IMG/VR virus record: IMGVR_UViG_3300025141_008848
Span: 64,463-128,462 of that record
Source: a virus
Length of the DNA stretch: 64,000 nt
Strand: one strand, 5' to 3'
In this document: one piece after another, positions 21,401 through 29,400 of the stretch
Layout of the letters: each line of letters opens with the position of its first letter
Numbering within the stretch: position 1 is the first letter of the stretch
Notes under the pieces: model-generated
What the model saw: only the letters and a program-made list of their open reading frames with translations
Database searches by the model: none
What the model was told of the DNA's origin: nothing
Made by a program: the position numbers and the translations under genes

Positions 21401-21460
21401 GCAGGAAAATTTTGGGATAAGGAAGTATGTAATTGTGTACCACATAAAAAAATACCCTAA
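12485..21460 (+). CDS. Giant (2991 aa) cysteine-rich repeat protein, putative tail-associated adhesin
   Basis: Uninterrupted 9 kb ORF in the tail module; PKD-like YTINWGD...HTY domain near the N-terminus; seven CBM5/12-like W..G..Y..GD.V motifs; several Cys repeat classes. Confidence 0.75.
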   Translation: MEVYKYRIKRTNPSIYWTVPCTGGTDFWPINLSTNCSGITMFNSTFSQVRDALEGDMNNFPQELTGCSIANPCVILNDTVVLPMFPSPDPFCIDSSSHPYILFTGLNLIQMGVQTFTGESYNDMISVFDLTNSTLSQPLNTQTSANLMPNSNSCFCQNPLGTNLNQIPILLDQDFNDIGHYDIWDGNIGQKDIFSNFVVTATTTAGNKIKIFNSTDFGYYKTFQDSPYTINWGDCNCNCPVPPCVNSFGDPCCETLQFPNLTNPVDHTYGGVGSRKITITHESPWGPTSVSQMITVPFMNYNALLATGNIPSFVSPVIGPNGPVGTNSYFGAYPSTPLDSGTDIMQYSGMSPIFAGGNNNDCFDVTGNTESLLGAFQNYTTSSTAGLPPGYQQGITVPLMGQVLNPITNTLVQGVSGKITQVNAQYTAYTISIGTNTPITFYDFSNGVTLYEAVSCGLDAFAFAAFDCVKCELGDCTYCETKDEYIDRITFLPESITFNAQHGEWLPTTNYVVGDIVFDSTWGECCCYMAVKDITQSATTLSPWAGVKPTDTFQGVWWYNGQPTEHIWEACTPECESCPDYTAIPCYDPTNWLNAYPTFGPPGPAGVYSNGNNYTAGTFTVSQFGNCYRALQTGTLPPPTGLTNNAYWDYIGCSSWICPPVSALTAGTVACELVPGTGSTSTGPCTTIGYTSYNDCFDDFLNGECCEDRYICTDQYSCQGCTGITSAHPLYNDPSGLDPLQGPVFDSELDCNAWCNPPAFSCTTQIASSNNCCVSLSCAEDNLNGTPGYYSSVVLPVIAAAGTNPAPFSNMIDYIASNYALWFVSPLTTPNPYDINDCNLGVVGIATACCDYTIWVYNCEDGCIPAFAGAGWPTPGDCWAANPQWAGYGTTPCGWICDPVCEPCVEVYQLGVGYPYTPQGLLDCEMNCSCVTDCYICDCTATTTGVNINCDLYHDPITGLAGCPHWPPNEGIPVNPGDPLTYLYQTNCLSACTCEGGIDCFISSIDGTQMGGCSSYPSLWHMAQQNATWSLGSPTDAAGNPTGYTTVEECCLATECCWAVCEEDPAVYDPGYFGITPSVNPALQGGGGGTYPCWWYSQSVPDVYSDFGGGQPSNCCSPLYINNAGANTGLAGCIQDHPNHPYCDMIDCINSLCPQPAPSNEMMCCVPPENSCICACDTWIAQNGSILVPSWEGPWNVGIYLEGDTVSYGDGNTPDCCWICTCPYDPLSQVFGSGVFDCSSSPPDDGPYSNGQPNCWQTCERLPATFPSPPSNIVGDPCGPCSGHVPPVTYSCSTAGCLASTCVFNPGGMNPSIWATQMNCYDNPMCDTPAYPGYDQCRADCYCADPNPLAEVTSCTVLQDYLNDIYSPGALGGVNGWIAGTGWYSTWPMTYPPVQPGLIFNTSGSFWWQYSSFDDCVLGVNAGVDCCDTSGFTYACDDTCNCPTVNGNPCVGGTGCYVVTSGPPGPFTSMGQCQAWCTWECDPTGPQICIFNALSIAATTYPSALACSVANTNCECVNGTVEYWCDWAGADAGYYNTLGAVPCVDSVYMSSQVPAYQAMAIGQGATGPADPANNYHDAVVLGNNPTGQGFPTIQQCQEKCRFCCDCAPPGSGICDLCGDPAVTICSWGDQFCSAGTACQYGSSYLSPYDCQQNTTPYPCAAPITEYCCHAVDGCLSYMGAYVAGTNPVTSDGVGCVSFHTIAGCDGECNFVCGDCTPTGGQCDCTFVNTLTPNCLAPYPFTTMADCQFYLSTAVNLLYDAGSCCRCYDCFLNSPITYSAYDVGSSTWITMSTPIPTFTTSALAWVAGTQYNTGDVVSELFDGDDCCYVCVWGANETGGITTNWTWNPSFYYTAYVNDVGLGNPVWPGGGTGSLAWIPCDAGCVNVQIITYNCIPGAIFDSCEYDTNGNLMNLIVPTTVFLSQNDVVRRLADPLGTPNLQSTNIFTIKFPYGGWPVGYPANPCLYNGFPLAIAGGFLSIDSDMAMQYGIPQDYVSWSQLIAALVSVGVVDYSGTLVSLTSTFDEVCEAIWLAIGSMPGSLPKCITITIDPCECTQSTCDCVAVNGPGGQFTNLGDCQSLLNNVPCCGTWYCPGQTNCTCVFQPNILTGFATQIDCYNAVNCCEIQEPEYACIVTAPSPSFGIPDVCDCIQTPGGPYTGPNALLDCQTDPNTCCSGTTMPDYWKCELQPGGNCLCVLDPSPTINSFTSLFDCQSTPVSNCCWTGVSYTHYWECIDFGGTIGCECVQTSTGAWPTSGDCEAQQSLCCYSGVTKWDCKDPGNGNCTCVQSIFGFYTSLYNCEHSIPAVVPHPNCCEKIYGNCKTCDGAQLIHTTGKHYGPLGGLGIASTNGVTLAPIVDRGLWVTGTNNYVYLDVVEDPLDGCCYALIQTTNHSGVNMLGPGSPLLTYSPSIVYNNHINGYFADGSYNSAPGPCATIQQVFCPWWPCDPSCVGTVKGYDCDNCPGTCVCNPNNTAGATFQGPGALAACQAVCIQGCDDCAVSLAGYLTGPVQYEGVWSATFNPPWHVYDINDCVVDPADNCCYCCVEDPTVLNPCTPNTPPQLCKVAGEVWHPFPICKCMKPNIQQSKSKANPCIPQPCAPNETWFGNPICDCVPNGPGGSGPGGSGNINGCAAKHQPSLNLGVSVGGVGSIPVTWADCKQDINGDPCGPGGSNPICKDCGPGAITFDYYDHNTSTWQTANITATPTLPIPVWTPGTYTPTGQQGNVVMHNGCCFVVCNTHSTPTTYLNLSPTDDYMEYLWCMSQHPGGNPLDWPTLMSAFGQNPMAQVVYFPCDKDCVPSVPIRNKRYDCKRQATLGNPNNMGCVPNPNGVYVDLPTCQINCNQQEECKQCCQNTNWEPGLSDAMSMTSSYTLLQSNANPCDCEFWLGVGWVPVPLSKCKVRDGCVQVKVCDSPYVWAGQPICDCVLPNDIPHEDWAHDDGCVQDKECENGWTWSWKLCDCVIETRERCMERECAAGKFWDKEVCNCVPHKKIP
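18653..19417 (+). repeat. Six tandem ~40-48 aa protein repeats, CxC-x(8-14)-[FYW]-x(4-8)-C-x(5-13)-CC-x(n)-[WY]xC
   Basis: CDCVAV..FTNLGDCQ..CCGTWYC; CTCVFQ..FATQIDCY..CC; CDCIQT..YTG..LDCQ..CC..YWKC; CLCVLD..FTSLFDCQ..CC..YWEC; CECVQT..WPTSGDCE..CC..KWDC; CTCVQS..YTSLYNCE..CC. Confidence 0.85.
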
Positions 21461-21468
21461 AAAAGATA

Positions 21469-22110
21469 ATGGAAAAAATAAGTACACCACTAGAAAAAGA
21501 ATGGGGTAAGGTTTTTAAATTTGAAGTAGGCCCCATTAAAGTAACTAAAAAACTTTATAGGCCTACCATTAAAAGATTTGAAAAGTGGTTAAATATAATA
21601 GAAAAAGAAGAGTATTTTAATAAATTTGATTTCCTACTAACAGGTTCTTTCCCTAACTATATTAATAATAATCTACCTTGGCAAACTTGGGATATAGATA
21701 TTATTTTAATTGATAACGGAAATAATAGTTTAGAATTAATTAGAGATACACTGGTACATCTATCTACAATAGCATTAGAACAATGTGATTTTTATATAGA
21801 TGTTTATTACCAGAATAAAAAAAATGTGGAATTAAACAAAGTTTGTTATAGAGGAGGTATAAAAAATTGTAAACCTTACAGTTTTGAAAAAGTAGGATTA
21901 TCTTACGCACCTCATGTTAAAAGAGACGGTGTTATAGTATCTAATTGGAATATTGATGAAGAGGTTATAAATGGATTATGGGTTACCAGACTACAATTTC
22001 CTTCCGCAAAACAAATCCAAAGAATCAATACTGGATTTAAATATGATGACGAGATTTACTTAAGTGAGTACAAAAAACATTTTCCACTAATAGAAACAGT
22101 AGATAAATAA
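21469..22110 (+). CDS. Putative nucleotidyltransferase (Pol-beta superfamily)
   Basis: hGS motif (LLTGSF) followed by DxD (WDIDII) and a third acidic residue (YIDVYY). Confidence 0.6.
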   Translation: MEKISTPLEKEWGKVFKFEVGPIKVTKKLYRPTIKRFEKWLNIIEKEEYFNKFDFLLTGSFPNYINNNLPWQTWDIDIILIDNGNNSLELIRDTLVHLSTIALEQCDFYIDVYYQNKKNVELNKVCYRGGIKNCKPYSFEKVGLSYAPHVKRDGVIVSNWNIDEEVINGLWVTRLQFPSAKQIQRINTGFKYDDEIYLSEYKKHFPLIETVDK

Positions 22111-22119
22111 GTGTTATGA

Positions 22120-22126
22120 TATTTAT
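22120..22126 (+). promoter_or_regulatory. Putative late-promoter motif TATTTAT
   Basis: Intergenic, 13 nt before the ATG at 22140. Confidence 0.55.
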
Positions 22127-22139
22127 TATAAAATAAGTA

Positions 22140-22361
22140 ATGGGACTGAGTGAAGTAAAAGTAACGGGATGTATATTACCTTTAACTAAATTAGAGGTTT
22201 TAATGAATATGGTACAAAGACCAGAAGTAAGGTCAAATATATTTATTGAAAGAGGTAAAGTGACAGTTTTTGAGAAAGCACAAAGGTTAGGACAAATAAA
22301 CAGTATAGGTGAATTAGAATTACACGGATACGGATACTATAAAGTAGAAAAACAACCATAA
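22140..22361 (+). CDS. Small structural protein, possibly the detached C-terminus of a conserved tail gene
   Basis: 73 aa, PEVRSNIFIERGK...RLGQINSIGELELHGYGYY; own upstream TATTTAT motif. Confidence 0.65.
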   Translation: MGLSEVKVTGCILPLTKLEVLMNMVQRPEVRSNIFIERGKVTVFEKAQRLGQINSIGELELHGYGYYKVEKQP

Positions 22362-22364
22362 ATT

Positions 22365-23288
22365 ATGGCATTAGGAGCATACGGAATTAAGAGACCAGCA
22401 GATGTAAAAGTAGAAGACGTACAAATACTTGTTCATCAACAAGCTAGTAGAGACTCATCAGCAGCACCTTCAGTCTATGAGGTACCAGCAACCACAGTAT
22501 TAACCCCAATACTCCACGCTTCACCTACTCAAACTGGAGGACCCGCAGGTGAAATTTTGGGGGGACTTTACGATTTACAATTACCCTCAGCAGTATTCGC
22601 TAGTAGAGGGATTTATACGGTATATATTAGACCAGTAGAAATCAGAACAACAATATTGGATTGTGGGATTTTATCGTCACTACCAAATGTAAAAGGACTT
22701 GTATTTGACCTTAACTCGATACCACTACAGTATAGAAATAGGTTTTCCCCTATGGATTTAGTGGGGTATAGAATAGAATATCTAGATTCAGACAGTGGTG
22801 CAAAAATTAATAACTTTTTTAGGATAGTTACCTCTAATTTTTATTGTGCGACAGTAGAACAAAATAACACCAACCCAAATCAAACATCACCTAGATATGT
22901 TTATACAAACGCAAAAACTAATTTAGTATATTGTACACTAACACCAACCAGTGCACCATCTAATAACCCTAACGCAATACCATTTATAGGACAACCAGGA
23001 CAATCTGTAATAATCACAAACACTTATTTTAACCCTATAGTACTTGATATAGAAATGGTAGACCATGATTTCGACACTCTAGCTATTGCACTTTATGGTA
23101 ATCAAGCAAAATCTATAGATAGTGGAATTTACACCCTTTATGATTTAAGTGGTGCGGATAACATATACATGCAATATGATTTATATGAGGTTAGAGACCA
23201 ATTTAACGGACAATTATTCGAAATTAAACAAAATAGAGGAAACAATATTGATTTTAGTCAAATGTTTGGTACAATAACTAACTTTTAA
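22365..23288 (+). CDS. Putative virion structural protein
   Basis: 307-aa ORF in tail module (YGIKRPADV, LGGLYDLQLP blocks). Confidence 0.65.
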   Translation: MALGAYGIKRPADVKVEDVQILVHQQASRDSSAAPSVYEVPATTVLTPILHASPTQTGGPAGEILGGLYDLQLPSAVFASRGIYTVYIRPVEIRTTILDCGILSSLPNVKGLVFDLNSIPLQYRNRFSPMDLVGYRIEYLDSDSGAKINNFFRIVTSNFYCATVEQNNTNPNQTSPRYVYTNAKTNLVYCTLTPTSAPSNNPNAIPFIGQPGQSVIITNTYFNPIVLDIEMVDHDFDTLAIALYGNQAKSIDSGIYTLYDLSGADNIYMQYDLYEVRDQFNGQLFEIKQNRGNNIDFSQMFGTITNF

Positions 23289-23293
23289 AAATT

Positions 23294-26200
23294 ATGGCTA
23301 GTAATAGATTTAGATACCCACCGGCCCCTAATCACGGAGGGGATACATTTAGTGACTATCTTGTAGGTAACCAATTTATGGGTAGCCAACAAATGACACT
23401 GGGTAATTTCTATAGTATGCCACCCTACGGTAAACCAAACTCACCAGAATATAATGTAGGTACATTCTCCACCCCAATAACCCTAGAATCACTAAATATA
23501 GAAAATTTAGCTCTAGCACAACAATTATCTAGTAATAATCTTGAGGTGTTTGTCAATAACAATATAAGTGATATTTCTAGTTTTGTTTTATATGGGTCAT
23601 TAAAGAAAAGATTATCTATTGCGGTCCAAAATATAGTTAATTTTTTTCCAGGAGCTTTATTTGTTGATGGGATAGATACTAATTACTTACCAGGTAATAC
23701 TACAGCATATGATATATTATATAACTTAGCGACAGAAGAAACGACATTTAAAACTAATGTTAATATCTTATCTAACCCATTTAGTATAGAATTTACTACC
23801 AACGGAAATCAGATGAATGAAAATATTAGTCCAGAACAAATATTGAATAATTTTGAAATGTTTGGGATTTCTGCAAATACTTTGATAAATATAGCAGATG
23901 GAACCACGTCCTCATTAAGAAACCTAACTAAAGAATTTAAAAAATACTCATTAAGTTTTAGTGGGAAAGTGGGTGAAAAAGAATATAGGATAACCAACCT
24001 AGAACCACAAAACACAAATAATAATTATCTAGTTTTTACTGTTAAAGGGAACCCGTTTAATGTATCAACACTAGCTGGTGCATCCCCAACACTAACAACC
24101 AATACATTTTATATTAAACCCACCCAACAACAAACAGAAGAAGAATTTAAAAAATTCCAGAGTATAGAAGCATTTTTGGTTAATAGAGGAGTTTCACCCA
24201 TATACACGGCTACATTTAATACCATTAAAGAAACCACTGAAGGTGTTAAATATTATGATAAAATAAAAAAGACATGGCCACTAGAGGATAATGTCAATAT
24301 AGATACCACAACTGAAAATTATACTAACTACCTAATATCATTATCTGAGTTAGGTGAAGAGTTAGACCAAGAAAAAACAAATTTAATTTCTAGATTTTTA
24401 ACTTCACCTATATTAAAAGAATTTGATGGTACTAACCAAAAAATAGAAAAAACATTACAGATATATGGGAGAAGTTTTGATGACATCAAAACTTTTGTAG
24501 ATGGAATATCTTATATGACTAATGTGAGTTATGATGGTGAAAATAATATACCTAATGAACTCATCAAGAATTTTGCACAAACTTTAGGATGGTCTACACC
24601 AAGTACACTAAACAACACTACCTTCTTAGACAGTGTCTTAGGTGTAAACACACCACAGTATTCCGGAACAAGTGTATCCAAAACACCTGCAGAACTGGAC
24701 ATAGAATTATATAGAAGAATATTACTCAATACAGGATACCTATTTAAATCTAAAGGAACAAGAAAATCTATAGAATTTTTATTAGGACTTTTAGGTGCAC
24801 CTGAAGCACTAGTTGAGTTTAATGAGTATGTTGTATTAGCAGATGCACCAATTAAATTAGACTCAGGGGTTAAATTTGTTTGGGCCTCTCAACCAAACGC
24901 AGTTACAGAACCTTCCTACGAAAAGGTAGAAAGTAAATTTACAAACCAATGGCAAAAAATATCCGGAGGGTCATATACCACTACTACTATAAATTATAGC
25001 ATACCATTTGGGCAATACTACTATTCTACCGGAACAACACAAAACCCATTTACACTCGTAGATTATCCTATTGATAGTCAGGGATATCCAACAACTCCTC
25101 GAATCACTAATAACTATTTTTTCCAGAGAGGAGCAGGATGGTTTGAAATGACGGATAAACATAAGTCGGAATTAGTAATTAACATTAGTGCATCCACCCT
25201 TACAGGATGTACCCCAAACATAGTAAATAAATTTAGTGAATTTACATGGGGTGGTTTTTGGACACTCGGACAGTATTCTAATTCAGTAAAATGTCCTTAT
25301 TTAGATAGGTTTAGAAGGTTTCCACATATGTCATTTGGTTTTGGATTAACCAGAATGATAGACGATAAAAAATCTTGGGTTCTAAAGGAAGGTACCCAGT
25401 ATAGGGATTACTCCTTTAATAATAGAGACGCGTACTACCAAACACAAAATGAAAAGTTAGTTCTAAATGTTAAAAATGTTGAATTAGGATTAAATATTGG
25501 GCAAGGACTAACATATGATGTGTGGAAACAATCAGCCCAATCAGACTGTTTTTTTAGTGGGGGAACATTACCTTATCCATATCCTACCACAGGAGGAAGG
25601 TGGGACTCCACAAACCCAAAAATTAACGCAAAAACTACCGACTTTAAAACGTTTAAAGACCATTTTTGGAAAGTGTTTATTGATGCCAAAAATCGAATGA
25701 CCATAAATGATGGTAAAACAGGGGGATATCCTACCTTACAAAAAATATATCTAGACTATCTCTATAAAAGTTGTGGGGAAAATAATAAGTACACATATAA
25801 TAAAATGATTGAGTATGCACAATCGATGGGAGACTATTGGATAAAGATTATCGAACAAATGGTTCCAGCCACTACATTATGGACAAGTGGAGTTAAAATA
25901 CAAAACTCTGCTTTTCATAGAGATAAGTTTGTATACCAATGTTTTAATGTTACAGGGACAAGTCTATCTACAGTATTAAGTTCTACACTTTTAGTATCCA
26001 GTACAGGATTTACTGGGTTTCCCGCACCACAATTTATGAGTGCCCCACCATCATTAAGAATAGCAGCACCCCCACAGTCAGGTACAACGTTCTATAATAA
26101 TTTATTAAGTGGGGCTCTTGTAATTCCACGTTCCACTTACGCAAATTCTTATAATATAGATAACCAAGGAAAGACATTTGGTGGTGCCTTAACGAGTAAA

Positions 26201-26461
26201 GAAACCAATAAACTCGCTAATAAGTTTCATAGTAATAAAAAAGAATATATAGATAAATCCGTATTTACAAAAAAAGGTAGTACTAGTAATTTATTATGTA
26301 TACATGGTATGAAGGAGCTACGTGGTGGAGATACAACATGGTTAGAAAGTTATCGATTAACCCCTAGACCAAGTACACAAAGAGGCGGAATTGAGGGTGG
26401 TACCACTATAAATACTAGTAGTCAAGTGAACCACTCTGGGAGAATGGGTGGTAGTTATTAA
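23294..26461 (+). CDS. Baseplate wedge protein, T4 gp7/P2 gpI-like domain
   Basis: NIPNELIKNFAQTLGW...ELYRRILLN..YLFKSKGTRKSIEFLL, the KGT motif typical of gp7/gpI wedge proteins. Confidence 0.7.
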   Translation: MASNRFRYPPAPNHGGDTFSDYLVGNQFMGSQQMTLGNFYSMPPYGKPNSPEYNVGTFSTPITLESLNIENLALAQQLSSNNLEVFVNNNISDISSFVLYGSLKKRLSIAVQNIVNFFPGALFVDGIDTNYLPGNTTAYDILYNLATEETTFKTNVNILSNPFSIEFTTNGNQMNENISPEQILNNFEMFGISANTLINIADGTTSSLRNLTKEFKKYSLSFSGKVGEKEYRITNLEPQNTNNNYLVFTVKGNPFNVSTLAGASPTLTTNTFYIKPTQQQTEEEFKKFQSIEAFLVNRGVSPIYTATFNTIKETTEGVKYYDKIKKTWPLEDNVNIDTTTENYTNYLISLSELGEELDQEKTNLISRFLTSPILKEFDGTNQKIEKTLQIYGRSFDDIKTFVDGISYMTNVSYDGENNIPNELIKNFAQTLGWSTPSTLNNTTFLDSVLGVNTPQYSGTSVSKTPAELDIELYRRILLNTGYLFKSKGTRKSIEFLLGLLGAPEALVEFNEYVVLADAPIKLDSGVKFVWASQPNAVTEPSYEKVESKFTNQWQKISGGSYTTTTINYSIPFGQYYYSTGTTQNPFTLVDYPIDSQGYPTTPRITNNYFFQRGAGWFEMTDKHKSELVINISASTLTGCTPNIVNKFSEFTWGGFWTLGQYSNSVKCPYLDRFRRFPHMSFGFGLTRMIDDKKSWVLKEGTQYRDYSFNNRDAYYQTQNEKLVLNVKNVELGLNIGQGLTYDVWKQSAQSDCFFSGGTLPYPYPTTGGRWDSTNPKINAKTTDFKTFKDHFWKVFIDAKNRMTINDGKTGGYPTLQKIYLDYLYKSCGENNKYTYNKMIEYAQSMGDYWIKIIEQMVPATTLWTSGVKIQNSAFHRDKFVYQCFNVTGTSLSTVLSSTLLVSSTGFTGFPAPQFMSAPPSLRIAAPPQSGTTFYNNLLSGALVIPRSTYANSYNIDNQGKTFGGALTSKETNKLANKFHSNKKEYIDKSVFTKKGSTSNLLCIHGMKELRGGDTTWLESYRLTPRPSTQRGGIEGGTTINTSSQVNHSGRMGGSY

Positions 26462-26466
26462 AAGTT

Positions 26467-29400
26467 ATGGCAAATAAATCATATAAAACAAATATAGACT
26501 TAAGAATATTAGGGGAAAGAATAAAATTTTTATTTTTTGTTTCTAATACAGTGGGTAATACCACAAGTCACTCATACAATAAGAAAAAATGTATGGTTAT
26601 AGAGTATGATACTCAGATTATGGTAGAAGCTATTTGTTTGGTTACCGAGATTGGTGAAAGAATGTTTTTAAGATTTAGGGGTGATAATTTAAAAATAGAA
26701 AATACTTTAAATCTATTTGGGTTAAGAAAGTCGGATATGTTTTTAGAAGTTTTTAAAAATAGTAAAGGTGTGTATGGGTTTGAAAGTATTAGAGGTAATG
26801 GTGTAGGAGCATTTTTATCACACCCTAATTATTTTTCTACTACTATACCTAAAAATAATTCTAGAGGGGTCGGTGCTTTATTACCATTTGAAAATGGGGT
26901 AATGGGAAAAAATCACTCATTACAAATGGTATTACCCGGTGCAAATATAACTAAAAATATATCAGCTGGTATTTCTTTTGATATGGATATACATATAGAA
27001 TCAGGGGGTCAATACATACAGTCATTAGGGTTTAAATTATATAAGGAAAACATAATAATAATAGAGGGAGAAACACTAGACGTAAAAAATACAAAACAAA
27101 TTATCAATACAACCCCTAATATTTCCTTAGAGACTACCTATATACCCTTAACTAGTAATGATTTAGCGTCTCGTAAAGTGATGTATGATTATAAAAAAGT
27201 ACTTACACCACAAAATGTAGACGCCGACTCAATCACTTTAATAGAAAGTAATGTCTATACCATCCAAAACCCAAAGAACCTTAATACTAATTTAGATAAG
27301 TTAAAGTTAACAAAAAATAATATAATAGAAATTCCTTATAATATTTCACGTGTTGTTGAAGATGGTAAGATAAAAACAACTAAAAAAGTTATAAAAAATG
27401 GTAAAGAAATTTATCCTTTAGGGTGGATAAATGAATTAAGAGATAATGAGATAGTGTCGAGTGCTAATAAATGTATTTCTCTTAAATTTAATAATAGAGA
27501 ACAATTAATTGCTTTTAGTGAAAAACTAAAACAACAACAAATAGGTAATATAGAAACTTACCCACTAATGAATACTAGTGCAGAGGGAACCAACACAGTT
27601 AGAGGCATGAAAAAAACCTACAGTAAGATATCTCAATGGATAGAAAGAAGTACCCTAGATGAATATAATGATGTTAAATTTAGTTATGACTCCGATAATT
27701 ATATTAAAAGTATTTTAATCTGCCCCAGAAAGAAAACTAAAGTAGATAATACAAATAAAGGAAAACAGAATGGTCTATACAGTGATGGAACCCAATACAC
27801 CAGATTAAATGGTGAAGCATATAAAGGGTATTTCCACATAGACTCTAACCTAGGACCAGTTACCGGAAAAGATAGTGGTGAACCTAGAAGACAAGTACTA
27901 ATTGGGTTATATAATTATGCACCCATTAGTGCAAATACATCTACAGATTTTTATTTAAGTACTGTAGGTAAGAAAAATAGTGGTTTATATTCAGCATTTA
28001 CAGCAACGACTACCGATATATATGAAGCTGATAATACTTATGATTTACATATAAGTGCTTCTTCTTTTTCTGCACATTCCGCAAGTACCGGAACCACAAC
28101 AATACCAATAAGTAATATAGATAGAGAAGTTGTATTACCTATGATTGGTGATATAAATAAACAATACAAACCATATGCCTTTGGTGAAGTTTACGCTAGT
28201 AACCCTAATGGGTCACTAGGGTTAAATAACGATAACCCACAACACTATATGACTTATAGGGTTAAAAGTAACGGTATATATAGATTCACATACAAAGCCT
28301 TTTTAAATGTTACATATACGGATACAAAATGGTGTGATTATGTAAGTAGATTAGCACCTAGTGGTGTTACCGCCACAACTGGAATTTACCCCCAAAATGA
28401 CTATGAGATAAAAAGATTAATAAATACTTCTATTATACAAGGAGGTGTGGAAGAAACTGCTACTACTTTACAAGATACTAAGTTTAAATTAAATACGGGT
28501 CCTAGATATATAAAATTAGCGGACAGGAAAGAAACCGACCCACCTGAGAGTGGTTTATTAACATTTAATTTTACCACCTCATTGTTGAAATATAGGGTAG
28601 GTACTGGTACAACTGATAGTATTATATCCGGTACACCAACCACATTACAAACAGTTAAAGTATTAAGGTCAACAGAGGATGGTGATGCCAACCACTATTT
28701 AACTTTGGACGTGAATGAAAATGATAAATTTTCTAACACGTACAATACATGTATTACTGATGGTGTCTCGGCGACCACTATTTTTAAAAGACAAATTCCT
28801 ATTGTAATTGATACTGGACTTATTAGTTTATTGGAAGGTGAGGTCATAGAATTAGCTTATGATACAAATTGGGTATCCACATCCAAAGGAAATTATTTTG
28901 GTGGAGGAGGAACTACAAATGTGGATATTAATCTCGGACATAAACTAGATAAACATGGTAATACTATAGAATCCCCATGGTATAGAGGGATAAAATTATC
29001 TAGTGCCGTAGTTAATAAAAATTTATTCTTCGACCAAAGTAAAAAGTCCAAAGAATTCCAAATGAATACTTCTGGTAATAAACAAAAAATAAGGTTAGAT
29101 GGTACATTATACTTATCAGACCAGAAATGTGGAAATATCCTAAGACCACATATAAACGAAGAATGTTTTGGACAACAGATTTTCTGGGATAGTACAGGAG
29201 TGGACGGTAAATTAGTTTGGAATGAAACATCCACCAAACCAACTAATAAGTGGCAAAAGCTAATAGAAAGTAATATAATAAAAGATTATCAGATAACTAC
29301 TAGTCCACATAATAAATTAACGGAGATGGAGAAAGACGGCGTATTCTCCTTTCACATACCAACTTACGATAGTGATTATGGGGTAAAATGTAATTTTAAT

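Noticed and set aside
12485-21460. Eukaryotic contamination or misassembly as the source of the Cys-rich, higher-GC region
   Set aside because: It is one intron-free ORF fused in frame to a phage-like N-terminus, with A/T-ending codons like its neighbours; higher GC is explained by Gly/Pro/Cys content. Read-level confirmation is still desirable.
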